Below are positions 29,032-34,998 of a DNA stretch of 34,998 nucleotides, piece by piece. The stretch comes from Myxococcota bacterium. GTDB lineage: Bacteria > Myxococcota > XYA12-FULL-58-9 > JABJBS01. The position numbers and the translations under genes were made by a program. Below the pieces are notes generated by a model. It was not told where the DNA came from. It worked only from the letters and a program-made list of their open reading frames with translations, and made no database searches. Numbering within the stretch: the first letter of the stretch is position 1; each line of letters begins with the position of its first letter. Location of the stretch: NCBI GenBank assembly GCA_036339465.1, contig JAYZAY010000032.1:1-34998 (forward strand). Reading direction: 5' to 3'.

Positions 29032-30990
29032 TTAGTGAGAAATCACCAAATAGGAGTTCATATTGACCCTGGCGCCAAAACCCCGCCCAGAATTGGATGG
29101 TTGAGGCACATAATCGGCACCATTGAAGAGTCCTTGGTAGGTGATCGTATTCTCACCAGAAACAAGCGCATCGGTAATATCCACCACCCAAGGTTTCACC
29201 TCCAAACCAGGGCACCAGCCCGATCGGCCAAAGGGCCAAGTCCCAAATTGATTGGGAACCACCCCAACCCCCACCTGCTTCAGACAACCATCCCTTACCC
29301 CTGCAACTTCGTTGGTTTTCACAAACTCCTGGCCATTCACGAAAAAATGGTGGGTGTGATTGCAAAACTCGGCACAATTGGCCACCTCAACCCCCCACCC
29401 ATGGCCGGTGATATAGGCTACCAATTCTACTTTCTTCGCATCGGCGGACGTCGTGAAGGTAAAAGGTTGTCGATCCACATTGTAATCCTGATTAAATCTC
29501 CCACCGACAAAAAGATACTTGATCTCCGCAGGACGCGTATCCTTGCCTCTATTGGAAAGTCTGAAGGATAAATCAGTGTCATATCGATTGCCGAGGGCAA
29601 GGTGGAAGCGGCGCTTACCACCATCCTTGAGGAATCCCAAAAAGGGACTAATATCTGACACCCATCGGCCTTCCCGTTTGTAGGTGGTTATCCACCTGGC
29701 CACTACGGTATTACACGCACAATTACAATCCTCGTATCCAGTCCCTTCACTGTTACAAAGATACGCCTGCTGCACCGTCTCTCCATAGGGATTAACACAC
29801 GCACAGGGCTTCTCATCCCCCGCGATGCCTTCTACCTCTATAACCGAAGGCACATAACCCTCACAGGCCACCGCCTCACAATCATCGTCGGAGGTGCAGC
29901 TTTGCTCCCCACCTGCACAAGTCCCCATCACTTCCTCCACCGCCTCCACCGCACTCACCTCTGGCTGGCAAGCCACATCCACATGGGGATTGACCGCTTC
30001 AATAAAATCATCACAAAGATAGAGCTTCGAACCGCTATCCCAGTCGCCACAATTACTATGATCGTGCTCCGTGCAATAATTGCCTAAATCAACCTCTAAA
30101 GTATCGAAATCTCTCATCTTTCGCGCTTCCGGGAAGTGCACTTCCACGGTTTCTCGTTTCATATTTGTGGCTTCAAAGACACGCACGATATGGGCATCGC
30201 GCGCCAACAAATCCTTCTCGCGATTCATCTCAAAATTAAAATACTCCAACTCATAGGCAAGCAAAGCCAAATTCGCCTTGTTGGTGCGCATATCCTTGAG
30301 CATCCCCACTTGGCGAAGCTTTTGGAACATATCCACGGCAAACCATAGGAGGGGCTTTTGCTGCAAAAACTGACCGAGCCAACCTTCCACTTGCCAAGCA
30401 GGATCGGTGAGAAAATGAATGCGGTCGGGCCAGTAAAGCTCCTCATCAACACCTAACTCTGAAAGGGCCAGGTTAAAACCCTCCCTCATGCGCTCCATAT
30501 CCACCTCCGCATCAGCGTCAAAAGAGGAAAACACATAATGGACATTCCGAGCAGAGATCCTCAATAACTTCTTAAAGGCATTTTTCGAACTGGCCCCCGG
30601 GAAATACAGCTCCTCAAGAAAACTCCGGAGCTCAGCACTTTGATTGGCGCCGTTGGTATAATTCAAAAAGATAAAAACATCTTCGCCAGTCCAAAGCTCT
30701 CTCAAACTAAAATCTATACCCAGTAGAGTTGTTGCTTTGATATCCCCAACCAAATCCCGAAATCCATAGCCGTAGGGGCCCTCGTTGAATGGGGTGACCA
30801 CCGTGGATGCCGGGGTGGACGGATCGCCAGTTGGAGACGCGTTATCGGTGCTCGGCTCCTCAGTTGGGATTTTAGAGACCATTTCCGTCACTTCGGGAGT
30901 TTCGGTGCTACCTAGTTCATTGGGCTCCGAACAGCCCATCCAAAACGCAACCAAAACGATCAACCAACCAACACTCAAACTTTTCTTCAT
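29032..30990 (-). CDS. Peptide-N-glycosidase F-related lipoprotein
   Basis: Lipobox WMGC; CGDWD, ARWITTY, ITGHGWG, CAEFC and GRSGWCPG motifs. Confidence 0.9.
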   Translation of the reverse strand: MKKSLSVGWLIVLVAFWMGCSEPNELGSTETPEVTEMVSKIPTEEPSTDNASPTGDPSTPASTVVTPFNEGPYGYGFRDLVGDIKATTLLGIDFSLRELWTGEDVFIFLNYTNGANQSAELRSFLEELYFPGASSKNAFKKLLRISARNVHYVFSSFDADAEVDMERMREGFNLALSELGVDEELYWPDRIHFLTDPAWQVEGWLGQFLQQKPLLWFAVDMFQKLRQVGMLKDMRTNKANLALLAYELEYFNFEMNREKDLLARDAHIVRVFEATNMKRETVEVHFPEARKMRDFDTLEVDLGNYCTEHDHSNCGDWDSGSKLYLCDDFIEAVNPHVDVACQPEVSAVEAVEEVMGTCAGGEQSCTSDDDCEAVACEGYVPSVIEVEGIAGDEKPCACVNPYGETVQQAYLCNSEGTGYEDCNCACNTVVARWITTYKREGRWVSDISPFLGFLKDGGKRRFHLALGNRYDTDLSFRLSNRGKDTRPAEIKYLFVGGRFNQDYNVDRQPFTFTTSADAKKVELVAYITGHGWGVEVANCAEFCNHTHHFFVNGQEFVKTNEVAGVRDGCLKQVGVGVVPNQFGTWPFGRSGWCPGLEVKPWVVDITDALVSGENTITYQGLFNGADYVPQPSNSGRGFGARVNMNSYLVISH

Positions 30991-31333
30991 AAATGTCCCC
31001 AGTAAAAGCTCAGAATACCTGCTGGCTGGCTTCTAGAAATTGTTTGAGATTACGTCAAAGAGAATCTTCCACTCCCACTTGAAAAATGAGGTGTTCCCTC
31101 CTGATTGATCCAATGTCCCGCGCTACGGTCGAAAACCTTGGGCTTTGGTGCTACCAAAAACGACCAAAACTTCTTCTGTCGAAGACCGGATGGCAGTCAC
31201 GGCGCGATGTTTATGCAGTCGTGTTTGTTTTGCAGAATTTAAGAGTGATTTCCCCGCTCGATATTACACCAAGCAACCGTTTACTATTTCTAAAGCATGG
31301 TCGGCGACCCCTGATACCCTATATTACCGGGAT

Positions 31334-31468
31334 ATGAATCTGCTCATTCTCGGAAACACTTTTCTACAACGCGACTTCGAAGACTTGGGCCATCATGTAG
31401 AATATTGTAATCATCATGCGGGAAGTCCTCTAAAAACACCCCGATCCCATGTTCTCCCGTCGATATGA
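31334..31468 (+). pseudogene. Possible N-terminal remnant of a GT-B glycosyltransferase
   Basis: MNLLILGN...FEDLGHHV resembles GT-B N-termini; stops after 44 codons. Confidence 0.35.
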
Positions 31469-31758
31469 CAAATTGGCAAGCGCCCCTCTGACGCCATTGC
31501 CATTAGATGCATAAAAACCAGTGGAAAAATCAGGAGGAAGCCAACGTCAATTTCGGTAACAACATTCTCTTTGGGGATAAAAACCAAAGAACCAAAACAG
31601 AAACCAATTTCCATCTCCCTTTGACTTGTTTTAGCTTCTCCCGTGGCGATAGGATGTAAACGAGCCCGCCAACTCCTCACAGAACGGGCTCCGTAAACAC
31701 AACCGATTTGGTCATTTACTCAATTTTTCAAACCTCTTTGCGAGGCGGAATTTCCGGA

Positions 31759-33963
31759 ATGGCATCTGGTCCCTTGGAACGAAGATTAGGGTTAGGCAAC
31801 GTCGTTGTCTTAAGTATCAGCGCCATGATGGGAAGTGGAGTTTTAATTCTCCCCGGGCTAGCTATCGGAAAAACCGGAGACTCTGCTTGGCTGGCCTATG
31901 CCTTGGCCGGATTTTTCACCATGCCAGCAGCCTTTTCAAAAGCCGAACTCGCTAGCGCCATGCCAAAATCCGGGGGGTCCTACGTGTTCATTCAAAAAGC
32001 CTTTGGACCGCTCTCCGGAACGGTTTTCGGCTTGGGACTCTGGTTTTCACTTCTCTTGAAGAGTGCCTTTTCTCTCGTGGGGATAGGAGCCTACCTGAGC
32101 ATCATCGGTAAATTCGATATCACTTCCCTAGCCATATGCTTCTTGGGCATGATTTTTGTGATGAATATCCTTGGTGTCCAAAAGGTCAGTAAGTTTCAAA
32201 CATGGACCGTCGCCCTTTTTATATCAACTCTGCTACTTCTGATTTTATCAGGACTTAGTCAGCCCACCTATCAACCTCCCGTAAAATTTCTCCAATATGG
32301 AGCAACGGGACTCTTAGAATGCTCTGCCTTCGTCTTTATTGCCTATGCCGGTGTAACAAAAATCGCGGCGATTGCTGGTGAGGTGAAAAACCCTGCCCAC
32401 AACATCCCCACAGGTATGCTGCTCTCCTTAGGCATCACCATTCCTTTGTATTGCCTTTGCGTATGGACGCTGGGCCGAACCGTTCCCAATGACCTGCTCG
32501 TAACCAACATCTATCCGCTCTACACCATGGCAGAACATCTAGGGGGGCAAACTGCTGGCCTTATAATCTGCGGCGTGGCCATCATCACCATGGTATCCAT
32601 GGCAAATGCGGGACTCCTTGCATCCTCACGCTTTCCCTACGCCATGGCCCAAGACGGACTTGTGCCAAAAAAATTCCTCGAGCTACACCGGAAACACAGC
32701 ACACCGGTCACGAGTATTGTCGTCACAACCATCGCCATGCTTTTATTTATCGTCTTCAGTGACATCGAAAAAATAATTAAGTTGGCCAGTGCCATGAAAA
32801 TCATGGCCTTTGGGTTGAACAATCTCGCCGTGCTCGCGCTCCGAATTTCCAACACCCAATGGTACAAACCCAGCTACCGCTCACCACTTTATCCCCTCAC
32901 CCAGATATTTGGATGTCTCATCAGCGTGGTGCTCTTGCTGAGTATGGGCGAAATGGCTCTTTATGCGATCCTCACGATCCTTATTCCCGGCATTCCCCTT
33001 TTCTTTCTTTACGGCCGTAAACGCAATCGGGGAAAGGGTGTTCTCTCAATGTTTCTACCCAGAAAAGACTTGGCCCAAAAGAGTGTGCTTTCTGCTCAAC
33101 AACAATCCTCGTTCAATATTCCCCCTGACACTTCCATGATTCCCATTATGGGCCGCGAAAACAGCATCGAAATGCTCGCAAAATTCGGTGCTTGCTTATC
33201 TTCCAATAAAGACATCGAAGTCACCCACATCAAAGAAGTCCCCTACGAAATAGATCTTGAGCTTGGTATCAAAGCAAATGTCGAGGTATCATCCATCCGC
33301 AGGCGACTACTTACCACGAGCGAACTCACGGACTTAAAAATTCGCTTCGACAGTGTCATCACCCACGACTTGGTCAAAGAAATCCATACCATGAGTTCCC
33401 GATACCGCTGTCAATGGCTGGTAATGAGTTTTAAAAAGCATCGGTTCTTCAATCCCATTGGATGGCTCGTTAACCACCTTCCCTGTAACCTCGCCCTCTT
33501 TCGAGATGAAAGTATTCGCTACATACGCGAGATTGCCATCTACCTTGAACCAGATCCCAGCAACCATATGCTACCCTCTGTGATTAAAAGACTGTCCACC
33601 TCTTTCAATGCAAAAATAACACTACTAAGACATATATCCCCCGATGATTCGCCCGAAGAGATCAGAGAAGCAAGCCGATACCTCTCGGAAATTGAGGGAA
33701 GGTCCCAAATTGGATGTGAGAAGCGATTCCTTGAAGGATACAATGACTTCCAACTCATCGTTAACGTAAGTCAACACTATGACCTCCTGGTATTATCTGA
33801 CACTGCCAAAAAGTCTTGGAAGAACCTCTTCGGACACTCAAGGGCAGACCACCTCTGTGAAGAAGTGTTCTGTTCAACACTGATGCTCAAATTTTCCAAA
33901 TTTCAACAACCCATAGAAGCACCAGAAGAAAAACGAGTAAAACTTCACCCACTGGGTTCCTGA
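31759..33963 (+). CDS. APC-family amino acid permease with C-terminal USP-like domains
   Basis: LERRLGL, GSGVLILPG, AELASAMPKSGGSY, AGEVKNP, ASSRFPYAMA and YRSPLYP motifs; about 12 TM; USP-like tail (YDLLVL...CSTLML). Confidence 0.93.
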   Translation: MASGPLERRLGLGNVVVLSISAMMGSGVLILPGLAIGKTGDSAWLAYALAGFFTMPAAFSKAELASAMPKSGGSYVFIQKAFGPLSGTVFGLGLWFSLLLKSAFSLVGIGAYLSIIGKFDITSLAICFLGMIFVMNILGVQKVSKFQTWTVALFISTLLLLILSGLSQPTYQPPVKFLQYGATGLLECSAFVFIAYAGVTKIAAIAGEVKNPAHNIPTGMLLSLGITIPLYCLCVWTLGRTVPNDLLVTNIYPLYTMAEHLGGQTAGLIICGVAIITMVSMANAGLLASSRFPYAMAQDGLVPKKFLELHRKHSTPVTSIVVTTIAMLLFIVFSDIEKIIKLASAMKIMAFGLNNLAVLALRISNTQWYKPSYRSPLYPLTQIFGCLISVVLLLSMGEMALYAILTILIPGIPLFFLYGRKRNRGKGVLSMFLPRKDLAQKSVLSAQQQSSFNIPPDTSMIPIMGRENSIEMLAKFGACLSSNKDIEVTHIKEVPYEIDLELGIKANVEVSSIRRRLLTTSELTDLKIRFDSVITHDLVKEIHTMSSRYRCQWLVMSFKKHRFFNPIGWLVNHLPCNLALFRDESIRYIREIAIYLEPDPSNHMLPSVIKRLSTSFNAKITLLRHISPDDSPEEIREASRYLSEIEGRSQIGCEKRFLEGYNDFQLIVNVSQHYDLLVLSDTAKKSWKNLFGHSRADHLCEEVFCSTLMLKFSKFQQPIEAPEEKRVKLHPLGS

Positions 33964-34258
33964 AGAGAAAATCCGCATCCATTTCAAAGCCAAAAGCAAA
34001 GAACAACTATTCCAATACTTTGCCCACCAAGTTGGGCATCAAAAAGAGGCTGAAGGAACCGACCTGATTGCCCAAGCACTCAGGAAAAGAGAATCCATGC
34101 AAAACACCGGCGTCGGGTATGGGGTTGCGATTCCCCATGCTCTCATAGGGGCCCTCGAATACACCCAAGTTTTCGTTGTGGTGACCGACAAGCCACTGGA
34201 GACGCCGCCGTTCATGGGTCGCCGTAATCTTACAAAAACCACTTTTCGGTTGTTTTAA
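33941..34258 (+). pseudogene. PTS EIIA (Ntr/fructose type) domain, +1 frame relative to the permease, C-terminally truncated
   Basis: Not in the ORF track: VPEEKIRIHFKAKSKEQLF...ALRKRESMQNTGVGYGVAIPHA...VVTDKPLE; phospho-His codon at 34136; no own start codon. Confidence 0.85.
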
Positions 34259-34510
34259 TCAACCCGTGGGACTCAACGTCCCGATCTGCACGTTGATTGA
34301 GTGAAACCAAATCTTCGAAGGGCACATCAAACATAGGCTCCGGTCGATATGCTTGCTGCAAGCTAAAATATTCAAGCTAAAATATTGCTTGGCGTCCACA
34401 GGCACTTCCCAGCCACGACAACATAAGTCCGGACAATCAGAACCGATACATTTGAACTTATTCATATAACGAAATCTAAAAAATTCCTCCGACACACTCC
34501 CCCCCTCCAT
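34225..34510 (-). pseudogene. fliB: Flagellin lysine-N-methylase N-terminal remnant
   Basis: YMNKFKCIGSDCPDLCCRGWEVPVD matches the FliB Cys motif; frameshifted by a 14-bp duplication (34359-34386) and truncated. Confidence 0.8.
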
Positions 34511-34637
34511 ATGTGAACCGGTTTGGTTGTCGACCGTCTGGGTCAGAGCTTACCTTGCCCAAAAGTTAAATTGGATGGCAAACACAACCCCAAAATTTAA
34601 AGCGACCCTGCACCGGGATGAATCAAGAAAAAAATGG

Positions 34638-34664
34638 CACCTAAAACACCTAAAACACCTAAAA
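34638..34664. repeat. 9-bp intergenic tandem repeat (CACCTAAAA) x3
   Basis: Three exact copies. Confidence 0.92.
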
Positions 34665-34752
34665 CTCCGAAAATCAGGTTTCATGGGCCTTCCCTTCGAC
34701 ACCTTAACGCTTTAGAAATATGTCCAAAATTTACATAACGAAGGAAATCCCC

Positions 34753-34998
34753 ATGAATAACCTACCTCTGAGATGGACCGTCACTGCTTTTCTCTTGTCG
34801 GCCTCCATCACTGGCTGCGGCGCGAGTAAAACGCCCAATGGACATCAAGGCCCCGCCCCCTCGTTTGAGTCTTCAACCACGCCCCCCACTTCCGCTGAAC
34901 AAAACGCTGAACAAAACGCTGAACAAAACGCTGAACAAAACGCTGAACAAAACGCTGAACAAAACGCTGAACAAAACGCTGAACAAAACGCTGAACAA
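34753..34998 (+). CDS. Lipoprotein, partial, runs off the right edge
   Basis: Not in the ORF track: AAGGA RBS, then MNNLPLRWTVTAFLLSASITGC (lipobox), a Pro/Ser linker and (AEQN)n. Confidence 0.85.
   Translation, partial: MNNLPLRWTVTAFLLSASITGCGASKTPNGHQGPAPSFESSTTPPTSAEQNAEQNAEQNAEQNAEQNAEQNAEQNAEQNAEQ
34894..34998 (+). repeat. Perfect 12-bp in-frame tandem repeat (GCTGAACAAAAC), at least 8.75 units
   Basis: Exact units continuing to the window end. Confidence 0.98.

Noticed and set aside
26901..29571. Long opposite-strand ORFs (26901-27494, 27561-27962, 28990-29571)
   Set aside because: They overlap well-supported genes on the other strand or lack any motif or RBS
34039..34242. Minus-strand 67-aa ORF
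   Set aside because: Shadow of the plus-strand EIIA domain
34728..34755. dif-like site (TTATGTAAATT on the minus strand)
   Set aside because: Only the XerD-like arm matches; no ATAA-ending XerC arm at 6-bp spacing
3021..34998. Tandem repeats as possible CRISPR arrays
   Set aside because: Units are contiguous with no unique spacers, are 5-19 bp long, and no cas genes are present

Overview
Bacterial chromosomal segment of moderate GC. Gene content (Hanks kinase, FHA-type sigma54 activator, many lipoproteins, SycD-like TPR protein) suggests a Myxococcota/deltaproteobacterium-like organism; this is inference only. The left end holds a signalling cluster on the minus strand (HAMP sensor running off the edge, CheY-like receiver, double-receiver protein), divergent from an orphan branched-chain-type substrate-binding lipoprotein and a TonB-dependent receptor. 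The rest is a mixed set of envelope and hydrolase genes: arylsulfatase, K+ channel, Ser/Thr kinase, sigma54 activator, an unusual adenosine deaminase-like protein, heparinase II/III-like lipoprotein, M32 carboxypeptidase, Lig-like Big_2 lipoprotein, 2OG-Fe(II) oxygenase, PNGase F-like lipoprotein and an APC permease. Several features are missing from the ORF track. (1) A PTS EIIA domain sits in the +1 frame across the permease TCC-TGA stop. (2) The K+ channel probably starts at ATT. (3) A decayed duplicate of the TonB receptor 5' region carries a promoter-like motif shared with the SBP gene. (4) There are several gene remnants (fliB, ABC ATPase, possible glycosyltransferase). (5) Four lipoproteins have in-frame tandem-repeat tethers. 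No rRNA, tRNA, CRISPR array or recognisable mobile element was seen. All calls are by eye, with no database searches.
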